From NCBI RefSeq assembly GCF_036321535.1, contig NC_087444.1, positions 14,384,001 through 14,448,000 of the forward strand: a DNA stretch of 64,000 nucleotides. Reading direction: 5' to 3'. A model generated the notes under the pieces. The model did no database searches, was not told the origin of the DNA, and saw nothing but the letters and a program-made list of their open reading frames with translations. The translations under genes and the position numbers were made by a program. Below are positions 1 to 12,000 of this stretch, piece by piece (within the stretch, counting starts at the first letter, position 1; the number at the start of each line of letters is the position of its first letter). The DNA comes from Camelus dromedarius (Eukaryota).

Positions 1-5
1 AGGAG

Positions 6-20
6 CTATTCCAGGAGGTC
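6..20 (-). CDS. SORT1: SORT1 exon 20 coding part (DLLE*, dileucine motif); 3' UTR runs off the window
   Basis: cttttcag|GAC CTC CTG GAA TAG. Confidence 0.95.
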   Translation of the reverse strand, partial: DLLE

Positions 21-3000
21 CTGAAAAGAAAGACATACCCCATATTATTTACAGACCAAAAAGTCCTTATTTTTGGAAGCCATTACTTAGTTTCCAGACC
101 GGCCAAGTCTTACAGTCATTAAGTTGCTGCTTCTAGCTTATACCATCCTTTGCTTCAATCAAATCTTAATCATGAGTAAGAATAGAATCACTCTTTTTAA
201 AATTTCTGGACCACCCTTNNNNNNNNNNNNNNNNNNNNNNNNNNNNNNNNNNNNNNNNNNNNNNNNNNNNNNNNNNNNNNNNNNNNNNNNNNNNNNNNNN
301 NNNNNNNNNNNNNNNNNNNNNNNNNNNNNNNNNNNNNNNNNNNNNNNNNNNNNNNNNNNNNNNNNNNNNNNNNNCCGCCGTTAACCCTCACGCGGTGAGG
401 AAGGATACGTTTTTTAATAAGACTGTGGATTTTCTGAGTTTTATACACTCACAGAATGAGTCACACATAATGGAAGCACTGCCCATAGTTGGCATATGGA
501 AAACATAAGAGAAGACTTCGGCCTGATGCTTCAGGAACATCACTCCAACTTTTGCCAAACCACCTGCCCTTGGCTGACTTTCTGGTTTGATTAACTTCCG
601 TGTTCCTTACCTTCCCCCACAGACGTATTTCTTCACAATGAGCACTCCTGCTACGACTGTGACCAGCATCAATCCCACAGTTGCCAGGATAATTGGAACA
701 GAATTCGACTTGGAATTCTTGATAAATTAAAACACAAACACAAATAATTTTGGGCGTGCATATTCCAGGACTGAGTTCAAAAAAGAGGCTACTCATTTCC
801 CTCACTTCTCTGTTGAATGTGTGATCTGCATTCTCTAGGAACTTAGTGATGATACTTTTCCAACCCCCCCATCTCGGTGCTACCAGGAGAGTGTCACAGC
901 TGGCAGAGGACCTCAGCTGCCTTGAAGCTGTCAGAACGGTGCAGACTCAGGGGCTCCAATGTCAAAGTTACACTGAAAGCCTTGGCAACTGCCTAGATCA
1001 AATGGTAACTGTGACTGTTCCCCACTACCACTGTTCATAAGTCCTGGAGCTTTAAAAGGTGGAGCAGGAAAGGGAGACTATGATAATAAGTGGGCTGAAT
1101 GAATCTAGAACAGGGCCATTACCTGGGAAGAGGCTGTGCCAATGCTATGTCAGGGAGGCCATCCTATGACACCAAGATTTATTTTTTACTTAATTTTTGG
1201 TATATTCTTATATATAAGCTTTTTCATATCATTGTTTGAGTGTGACCTACCTGCTTCTGGGTGGGAGATAGGGAGTGTGTGTTTTCAATGAATCCAAGAG
1301 GAGGCGGAGCTGGATTCTGGGACAAGTTGTGTCCCTGTGGGCGGGAGTCCTGTGCAATCACACACACAAACACTCTGAGGACAGCCACCAGGAGTGCAGG
1401 GCGGGGATGCAGATGAGGAGGAACTTGCCCCCCTGACAAATACACACACCAACACATTCTTCTCCCACTGCCTTCTTAATCCCACCCCTCTTCAGGCCCT
1501 TACCCCTTGGAAGGTTAAATAGGAGGGGACTGCAGATTGTCCACCTCTCAATTCCCAGATTAGGAAACTGGGGCCCACAGTTTACTGCCCCAAGTCACAC
1601 TGCTGGCCCAGTGCTTCTCTATCAAGAGGTCCCCTCTTTACCATATCCCAGCCAGATAGCTCACTGCTACAGATGTGTCATCAGCCCCAAAACTTGCCTC
1701 TAAATCAAAACCAGCCCATTATTACCATAGTTGAGGTTTTCATTCTGAACACACTTGGCATAACTAGGCAGAGATCTGCCCTACCGATGGTCTGCTGCTC
1801 TTCCACATGTGTGAGAAAGACTCCAGGGCTTTACAGCCACACTTCTTGAGTCTTTCCTACATGACTCCGGGTCTCAGAAATTTCCTCAACCCTATGCTTC
1901 TAAGACTTGGAAAAACTTCACTGAATACCATTTTTTTCCACAACAAAAAAGTTTTCAGTAGATGAGCTTATCATCAGGTTATGTGATCCATCCTTCATCC
2001 TAACAGTTTCTGCGTGAAGGGAAGCCTGACAGAGGCAGTCTGGCCACTTGTATTCAGTAATAAGGTTCTTGATGCTGCATCTTGACTACTCCTGGCAGAA
2101 CATGAAACCCCACTGGTACCTAAACCAGACCTACTTTAACATACCTGCTTTTCTGGACTCAGAAAGTTGCTCGTGCATTTCTTTTTCAAGTCTTTTACTT
2201 CCCGAGCTGGACTCACTCCACCCTGGCATCTGTCTCCTGGAATTTTACGGTATCTGAGCGGCAGAGAAAATTTGTTAACAGAATACAAGGATGTACTCCT
2301 GGACTCTTGCTTACTTCCTGAAAATAAGATTTGACAAGCTACAGAAAGGCTTCTGGTCCTTACACTATCTTCCAGGCCTTGGGGGAGATCCACAGGGATG
2401 TTTTGGGGATATTCTGTATAGTTTCAGCCCTTGGACAGACCACACATCCCTTGCCTTGCTGCAGGGACATACTGCCTTTCTGCCTTGAGAAACTGTGCCA
2501 AAGAACTGTGACCTGGGGAAAGCATGTCAACTTGTGGGACAAAAGAGGGAGAGAGGAGTGTTTATGGGGGGCAGGCAGTGAGGCTCCTCTAGAGCAGCAC
2601 TGTCTACTATGGGGGTTATTTACATTTAAATCAATCAAAATTATCTCTGTTCCTCAGTCACACTAGTGTCAGTAGCCACACAGGGTTAGTGGCTACCGTA
2701 ACAGACATAGATTTCAGAACATTTCCACCATCACAAAGGGCTCTATTAGGCAGTATTTTTCTAGCGTGCTCTCCACCGGGGCTCAGATCTGTGTGGAGAG
2801 AAGCAGCTTTCACTGTGCCCGGTGGACACCCAGCCATCTCACCCGTTTGTCGTCAGGTGCTCTTCTCTCCCATACAGACAAAACTCCAGGTCGTGGCCCT
2901 TCAGCTCTGGCTGTTCCACACACTTGGAGTCATTTTCTGGACGGAAGTAGCCAAAATCACTGCAAGAATCAGCAAAGAAGGTATCTTTCAAAGTTGCTAA

Positions 3001-6000
3001 AAGACAGGAAGTGACTAGCAAAGAAGGTTTTATGTGGGACAGTGCATGGTTAATATTCCAGAAGGCAGCTCAGGAAGGCCTGTGACATACAAAGAGGTCT
3101 GTTTAGGAAGAAACACACACATGGAGAGGGCTTAATTGAGGGAACAACAGCTTATGTTTTGGGCCTGGTGGTCTTGACTCAGCAACCAGGAGTGCTGCAC
3201 AGACCGCCCAGGCTCCGGGAAGGGAAAGAGTGCAGCCTGCAGGGGGTGGGGGCCCACAGAACTAAGACACAGAGAAACAGGGCGTCAGCAACAGATCTGA
3301 ACTCAGGGACACTTAGCAATTCTTCTGTTTACCTCCAAATAACTTGTTATGTTACACCCATGAGGTGCGAGTCACCCCTTCCCCATTTCTGTGTCCCTTT
3401 TAGCTTCTCAGATGGTCCCTGCCTCCAATGTGGATGACCTTTCCTGCCCTCCACTCCATCCCATCTCTCCACAGTGCCACCCATCTGCTCTCCTTCCTCT
3501 GCTTTCTGCAGAGTGACATACCGCCTCCTCTCCAAGGCTGAGCCCCCGACAAGAGCAGCCTCAGCCCCATCCTCCTGACTGCCCCAAGGCCTTGCTTCAG
3601 TGACAGTGTGGGAGGGACCCCCAGCCCCACTCACCCAGTGGCTTCTCCTTAGCTGGCATCTATCCTCTTCCTTCACCATCCTCTCCCTTACTGGCCAAAT
3701 TTCTTTAAAAATATTTGTAACTTGTTCTGTTCTACTCATTTACTTTTTATTCTGTGCATTTGAAATTCACCCTACCCCCGCAACCTTGAAAATGAATGTC
3801 TGAGGCACCCCAGGGCTCGCCAGTTATACAACCTAGGGGGCTCTGTCTTGTTCACCTTGACCACCTGGTTCCGGGGCACCCGGCACACTGCTGTGCCCCG
3901 ACCCACCACAGCCCTGCAAAGCTGCACTTGTCTGTTTCTCTGGTCACTGTTTGCTCTGCTCGCTTCCTACCCAACACAGGCAGGTGTTCTCCAAGATCCT
4001 ATAATTCATTTTCTTACTCTATTCTGTTCTCCCTTTGTGAACTTAACTATTTGTTACAACTAAAGCTTCTAGGTTTTACCTCTCTTGAGCTCTACTCCTA
4101 TACTGCCAAATACCTGCTAGACATCATCACCAAAATCTGCTGATAGAACCTCAAATAAATAAAATGTTCAAAACGCATCATGTTTCCTCCTTTGTGCCAG
4201 CCTCTACTGTCATTTTCTTATGTCTGTCCATGACACTACCTTCCTTTCCACCATCTAATTTGGAAACTTAGCCTGAGCATCCCCCTTCTGGACCCACTCA
4301 CTTCTTTATCATGACCACTGTGATTTCCCCTCATGGCCTATCTTCCAGCACACCCTTCCTGATCACACTGTTGGGTGTCGAAACTCACATCAGTCCACTG
4401 GCTTTAATGAACTGCTTGTTCCCAGATGTGCATGGTCAAATCTTACGGCTCATCAGGGCTCAGCTCAAAAGCCACTTCCTTGACAAAGCCTTTGACCCAC
4501 CTCCTTTCAGCTCTGGATGGAATAGCCTCTCCCTTCTCTAAATCCCCAAGGCACTTACCACCTCTGTTTCCAACACAATTATTTGCATCTTACCAGGAGA
4601 GTCTCTAACAAACATCCTGTTATCACTTTTTGTTGCCCTGTGCACAGCAAGTATTCAGTGAATGTTTGGTGAATGTATAGATGCTGCTTGTACTTCAAGG
4701 TTTTCTGGCAAGTATTTAGGGGAGAGGGTAGGGAAAACAAAAAGATACAGGAGACATCATCCTGCCAATAGCAGGGAGAAACTTCCAGTAGGAAGTTTAC
4801 CCGTTCAATCCAAAATTTCAGGGACCGTACCCTTCCCACTCACAAGGTACACATTTCTCAAGCACATGTGCAGAAGCAGCAGCACGTGCAGAGGCATGCG
4901 GCTCTGAAGAAGCACAGCATGCTTGGCCAACGGCAGAAGCTCAGGTAATTAAGACCCTCGCCTCAGTGCAGTTAAGGATCAGAGTTTCACAGTATCAACC
5001 AGCTCTAGCCCTGCTGTGACATCAAAGTAATCTGAGTGATACTTTCCCCTGTGGAAGTACAGGAGGAAGGACCCCTGGCCATTCCACATACAGATATGAG
5101 CCAGACAGGAGGAAACATGCTGGGTCAGACTTGGGGTTTTGCTCAGTCTCATGTTCTCTGTCACCTGCAGTTCAGAAGAATATGATGTGGGAGGACAGGA
5201 CTGCTATTTGCCGGCTCTCTTTTCCAAATCCTTCAGCTTTCTTTTCCAAATCCATTTTTTATCCTTTGCAGGTAACAAGTTCCATAAGATTACTACCTGT
5301 GATGTGAAGAAGCTCCTCTTACTGACACTGCTACCAGGCTACCCAGGGACTCTCTTCCCTTTGCAAAATCAACTAACCCTATGCCAGCCAAGTAACTAAT
5401 CCTTAAGCCTGGATGGTCCTGAACTCTAGGGAGTCCACCATGATGGCCTGTAAGCATTGATGGGACATATGGACCATACACAGTGATGCCATCTCCTCTC
5501 AGGACAGAACCACACGCTCTCTGCTCAGTCTTACAGACAACCCCAAACCTAGCGCCCTACCTGCTGAACTCAGGCTGTCAGGCTGTTTGCTGAAGTCCAG
5601 TTTCCTCTTAGCTCCTGTACCACTTTTCTTGGTGCTTCTGTCCTATCACCTTCTCTCTCTCTACTTTTTTATTCTCTCCTCCTTATATACCTCTCTCCTT
5701 GCCACCATGGCCAAGTCAGGATTTCTGGGGGTTGTTGCTGGTTCTCCACATTAATAAGCTGCCTGACATGATAATATAATCTGTCCAATTATTAACAACT
5801 TTGTTTCCCTTTCTCTGCACCTCAATTTCCTTAACAAGAAAGCAACGGTTCTCCACTCTTGAGCAAGAAGGGGAATAAAAGGATTTAAATGTTTTTCAAC
5901 TGTCTTTCGCCTCCTCCAGCACAGGAAGAGGCTGACAGGGGTCTGAGGGATGCTGGTACCAGAGGAAGTCCTCCAGGGAGCAGGGACAGACGGATGGCTG

Positions 6001-9000
6001 TTTGGTCACAACATAGTCCCGACCATTCTGGCAGACGGATGACTTGCGGAGCCGCAGGTACTGTTCTTTATAGCCTAAAATGCAGCCATCTCCATAATCT
6101 CCAGGGTCTGTGGAGTGAGCCAACCATATGGTATAGTCCTTCTCTTCACCTAAAGGAAAGATAGGCTGTTCAGGAAACTGCATGGCACAGACTCCACCCA
6201 CGTGAGGCAGCTGCCAGGCTACAGGGAGAACAAGGAGAGGGAAAGTGGGGATGTCTGACTTGCTTCCTTTAGGAACTGCTCATGAGAGTTCCATTAGCGG
6301 GAGCCTACTAGCAACTGGCATTTCCTCATGACTAAGAACAAGTTTTTGATCTCGCCATCCATTTGAGTTTTAGGAAAAACCTTATTTATTTTGAAGAGGG
6401 AAGCTGGATAGAAAACCTCTAAGGTTTCTTCCACACTGAGAGGCTGCTGTCTTTAATTCTTATACACCTGTGCCCTCGGTTAGCGGGAGCTGTCAGAGGT
6501 AAGCAATTAGATGTTTGCTCTTAGGACAAGATATCAATTAGCCAAAAGCATGGATTTAATTTCACCATTGGTTAGTTTGCTTCAAACAGAAGGGAACACA
6601 TTCTCTTTCTAGACTTCTAACTCTTGCTGACTGGCTTTCAAATGAAGACTGTTGATGACAGTCAACCTGGCTTAGTATATCATACCATCCACTCCTGGAA
6701 AAATGACTCAAAGACTACGGCCTAAAGATTGTGGATGAGGTTTTTATTCTTCAGGATAGGAATACCAGCACAGAGCCCGTTAAAGAGCAGGTGCTTAACA
6801 AATCTTTTAATGATGTTAAACTTCAGGGATAACTGTAGAGCTGCCTGCTGAGGGGAAAACTCATAGGCCAGCTCCTTTACAGCCTATTTAGGGAATTTAG
6901 ATAATAATGAGGCTCCAGTTTTAAATCATGTTGAAACATCTTGTAGAAGAGTAACGTCCACACTGAGAGCTTCTGCTTCCTGCAGGAGTCACTGAATTGA
7001 CATGCTGAGGAAATAGGGCCCTAATACAGTCTCATAATGGTCAGGACCAAAATTCAAACAAAGCGTCTCGAAACTTTTGGTCTTCTACCGTATTATGCCA
7101 AATAAGAAACTACGGGTCACAGGTAGTCACTTTTTCTCCAGTTTTTTCTTTTATCCTCCATATTTTCAGTACAATGTCAACATCTTTGGTACTGGGCACC
7201 TGGGTTTGCTTGTGATTCTTTAGGAACACCTTGCAATAAATACTTTAACTCCTTTCTGAAGTCATTTTCTGGGCCTTTAACATGTCTTCAAGTTTGAAGT
7301 CACAGCATTCGGAAATGGTCAGTGTGGGCTTCACGCCTGCTCAGTAGCCAGACTAGAGCCTCACCCGTGACTGATGTTCAAGCCAAACTCTGCACGGAAA
7401 CTTCCTCACTTCAACATGTTGATAAGTGGCACAATCAGTTAGATGCTCTTTGCAACACACTTCCCTCTAAAGTTTCCTCTTTACAGTTCTGCTGTTAATC
7501 AAGGGTGAAAAACCCTGAAGTATTTTGAAATAATTTTAGACAAACATAAACATGCATTATCCTTACAAGCAGAATTCTCAGAAAATGTTACAGAGATCTA
7601 ACAGTGCGAAACTATACTCTCCTATATGTCCACATGTGGCTGGTCTGAACTGAGATTTACTATAAGGGTGAGTGTAAAATATGCACTGGATTTGGAGGAC
7701 TTAGAAAAAAAAGAATGTAAAATATTTCATTAATAATTTTAAGAGGGGAGGGTATATAGCTCAGTGGTAGAGTCCACGCTTAGCATGTACAAGGTCCTGG
7801 GTTCAATCCTCAGTACCTCCATCAAAAAAAAAAAAAAAAATAAAAGACTGTTTAAAAAGTAATAATTTAAAAATATTGCTTACATGTGGAAATAGTATTT
7901 TGGCTATATTGAAATAATTTTATTATTAAAATTAATTTTACCTCTTTTACTTTTATAATGTAGCTAGCTGATAGAAGAATTTAAATTATATATGTAGCCC
8001 TCATTTTACTTCTCTTGGACAGGGCTAATCGAAAGAGAGAAGCTGCTTTTCTGATACCATTCCATTGCCTGCTCACCCACGTGGAACATCCTTCAATTCT
8101 CTCTCATATACATGATTTTCTTATTCCAGCTAGAAGAAATTAAACTCAATTGGTTATTTAGGAAATGGGCTTACAAGTTCCTGATAGGAAAGGTCAAAGG
8201 AGACACTCACAGTTCCTTTCAAGGATGTCTTTAAAATCGATGGTGTAGGAGACCCACTGGCGAGTCAGGAAAGATTCTGTGAAACCCCAGATGCTGATGT
8301 TCATGGACCTGGCTCCAGGTTCCGAAGCCAGGCCGGTAAAGTAGATAGGCTCCCTGGTAAACATGTAGGTTTGCCAGCACTGACCTTCGTCTGTGGAGAA
8401 CCTGAAACCACAGTTAGAGAAAGATCATGACAGAGAATCAACACTATGGGAATATCAGGAAACCACTATGGCTGCTTGATCCCAAATCAGAGAAAAACTC
8501 TCATATTTAGGTGGTGGCTTACTGACTGACAGTTATATTAATTGTTAATGCCTATAGTTAACAGGGAAAAGAGAGAAGGAAAGGGAGGAAGGAAGAAAGA
8601 GGGCGAGAGGGAGGGAGGGGCGAGGGGTGGGGGAGGAAGAATGAGTAAGAAGAAAATGCCTTTTTAATAAAAATTCTTCCAAAGGAAAGAGAGGTTGGTG
8701 ACCCATGTAAGACTGGGCTTCTAAGTCAACAAACAGAAATTACTGAGTAAGAACTTATACTTAAGGAATCAGTTCCCATCCAGAGTGCTCACATGCTTCC
8801 ATAATATTCTTGTGGGGAGAGAGAATATTTTTTTAAAGTGACAAGAAGTGCTAGCTAGAGGGAATTGGAGGAAAAAGTGAAGCCATTTAATTTGAGTTGC
8901 TCTAAACACAATTCCTTCAAGAATCTTCCCCACGGCTCTATAGAATGCACAAATCTGAATCACGGTCTCTAACTTTCCCCCAACAAACTGAAAAACATCC

Positions 9001-12000
9001 CACAGTTGCCCTCTATGCAGACAGTGTGGGTGGAGCTGAGCTCATGCATACTTAATCACATTGATAGGATGGCTGCTGTGTTCAATGGCTACAATGATGC
9101 CCCCTGAATCCAGGATGGTGTAATAGTGGGGTCCTTCCAGCATCTTCAGCCAGGAGTAACCCCCATCATCTGAGATGTACACATCTGGGATCATCACTGA
9201 AATGGCATCCCCCACGCTACCTGCAACACAATCGACCATCTCATCAGCACACATCAGCAGTGAAACAGAGAGGACTTACTGTCAAGAGAAAAATTCTGAA
9301 TGTATTTATTCTGGTTATTTCCCATCACGGCTCTTGTAATAGAAAAAAAGGCCACTGACAATTTGGTACAGGGAATCTTGTTGCTCTCGGATGGGAGTCT
9401 GTGAGAAACCCACAGTATCATTATCTTGCAAGAAACTCTACAGAGGATGGTAAAAGCCACGTATGGTGGTTTTCCCACAGGGTTCAGGGTTCAACGCGAA
9501 GACTGAGTCTCAGCATGCTCAACTACTTCTCCCCGCAGAGGTGCGGGCGGGCTGCTCACCGTGGGCGATGACTATGCCGACAGCGTTAGGCTCTGAGAGT
9601 GGGGCCATTGGAACATTTAGCTTCTGGGAGATGCTGTAGGAAGCATGAATATGAAGGCTGCACTGTGGAAAGAAACCAAAGCTTAGATTAAAATCAAACG
9701 TGTACATTTGTTTTACTCATCTCACAGAGCCTTTTAATAAAGGCTTTCAACTTATTAACCCAGACGTCCGCGTGATACTCTTTAAAAAAAANNNNNNNNN
9801 NNNNNNNNNNNNNNNNNNNNNNNNNNNNNNNNNNNNNNNNNNNNNNNNNNNNNNNNNNNNNNNNNNNNNNNNNNNNNNNNNNNNNNNNNNNNNNNNNNNN
9901 NNNNNNNNNNNNNNNNNNNNNNNNNNNNNNNNNNNNNNNNNNNNNNNNNNNNNNNNNNNNNNNNNNNNNNNNNNNNNNNNTATACACTGGCTACCACCAT
10001 TCTACTTTCCATCTCTGTAAATCTGACCNNNNNNNNNNNNNNNNNNNNNNNNNNNNNNNNNNNNNNNNNNNNNNNNNNNNNNNNNNNNNNNNNNNNNNNN
10101 NNNNNNNNNNNNNNNNNNNNNNNNNNNNNNNNNNNNNNNNNNNNNNNNNNNNNNNNNNNNNNNNNNNNNNNNNNNNNNNNNNNNNNNNNNNNNNNNNNNN
10201 NNNNNNNNNNNNNNNNNNNNNNNNNNNNNNNNNNNNNNNNNNNNNNNNNNNNNNNNNNNNNNNNNNNNNNNNNNNNNNNNNNNNNNNNNNCACTTAAGAT
10301 CCTGCTTTCAGTTCTTTGGGATATATACCCAGAAGTGGAGTGGCTGGATCATATGATAGTTTGACATTTANNNNNNNNNNNNNNNNNNNNNNNNNNNNNN
10401 NNNNNNNNNNNNNNNNNNNNNNNNNNNNNNNNNNNNNNNNNNNNNNNNNNNNNNNNNNNNNNNNNNNNNNNNNNNNNNNNNNNNNNNNNNNNNNNNNNNN
10501 NNNNNNNNNNNNNNNNNNNNNNNTCTTGCAAATCACATTTTTTGATTTGCATTTCCCTAATAATTCGTGATACTGAGCATCTTTTCATGTGCTTACTGGC
10601 CATTAGTATATTTTCTTTAGAGAAGGGTCTATTCAAGTCCTTTGCCCATTTTAAATTTGAGTTATTTGGTTTTTTTGTTGACTTACAGGCTCAGTGAGAT
10701 ATTCTTGATTCTGAAATGCATTAGTGTACTTGGAGGAAGCAAATTATGCAATTATCTTCTCATGTGTAATCTGTCTTAGTTAATTTTATTCCTGCATTAC
10801 ACCAAAGCCCCTGATCAATATTTAAAGCATGACTGCACACAAATAAACTTGATGAATGCCTGACATATTTAAGATACTGTACAAGATGTGGTTGTGATTT
10901 AAAATACTACTCAGTCCTGCCTTTAAGAAATATATCTCAGAAACTAGTTGAGGTATAAAGCAGGATGAAAATGAGTGCTTTACAAGACATTCGAATTGGC
11001 TAAAATGTTAATTTTACGTCATGTATATTTTACTGCAATTTAAAAAACTTCAGGCAACTACTAGTGAAATGAAGAGGGATGACTCATTCTAAGTGGAGGT
11101 GGGCACTAAGGGTGGTTAGGATTTCCACTAATCCTAATGAACTGGGGGGAGGGAAGACAGGCACAACTTCCCCAGGAATAACATGGGCAAGTGGCACATG
11201 CAGGGTGTTCAGGAAGCAGCAGAGGTTACCAGGGGGATGTCAGTGATAAAGCGGGCAATGACAATGAAAAGGCAGGAGAGAACCTGACAGGGGAGGAGGG
11301 GGCCTTTATTCACCAGGTCACAGGCAAAGGGGAACCATGGAGAGAGTTGGGGAGGGAGAGGCATGGACGTGTGATGGTGGCAAGCTAGGTAAAGAGGCCA
11401 TGTACCTGCCCAGGCTTAGGGTGAGGAGGGCAGGCGCAGAACAGGGCCAGGGCGGAGGGATGGGGAAAGGGAAGTAGGAGGGAAGAGAGACTCAACAGCA
11501 CTCCTGAGCACAGAGAAGGGAGAGAGCATGTTGGGGGTGGTGTAGGCACATCTATCTCACACTGAGGCTCTTAGAACAAAACAGAAAGCCCAACCTACAC
11601 AGCAGAGTGCACGTCAGCCACAGGACTCAGAGGAGAGCTTGGAACTCCTAATGCTGTCACTTTTGAAGAAGACTCCCTGGGTTCTGCTAAGCTCCTCTCA
11701 AATTCTATAAGAGCCAGACACAAAGCTTGTTTGTTTTTTCTCTTTCCTTTGCCCGTCAAGACCTGTCACTCATGGAATCTGGGATCTCCTGTAGCAATGC
11801 CTTTGTATTTCTACTTCTCGGTCTCTCCGAGGGGTCAGGTCCTGCTCTCACACGCCACACCGGGTCACCTCCCACACCCACCGGCCACGTAAAACCCTGG
11901 CAGAGGGGAAGAGAGGCCACATTCTCCTCCATCTGTTTCTAGCCAGCACAGCTTTGCATTGCTCATGAATAGCTGGCCTATGGCTTTCTGTAGAATTCCT

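Noticed and set aside
7745-7820. tRNA genes at 7745, 36608 and 49015
   Set aside because: A tails, TSDs and no proper acceptor stem show these are tRNA-derived SINEs.
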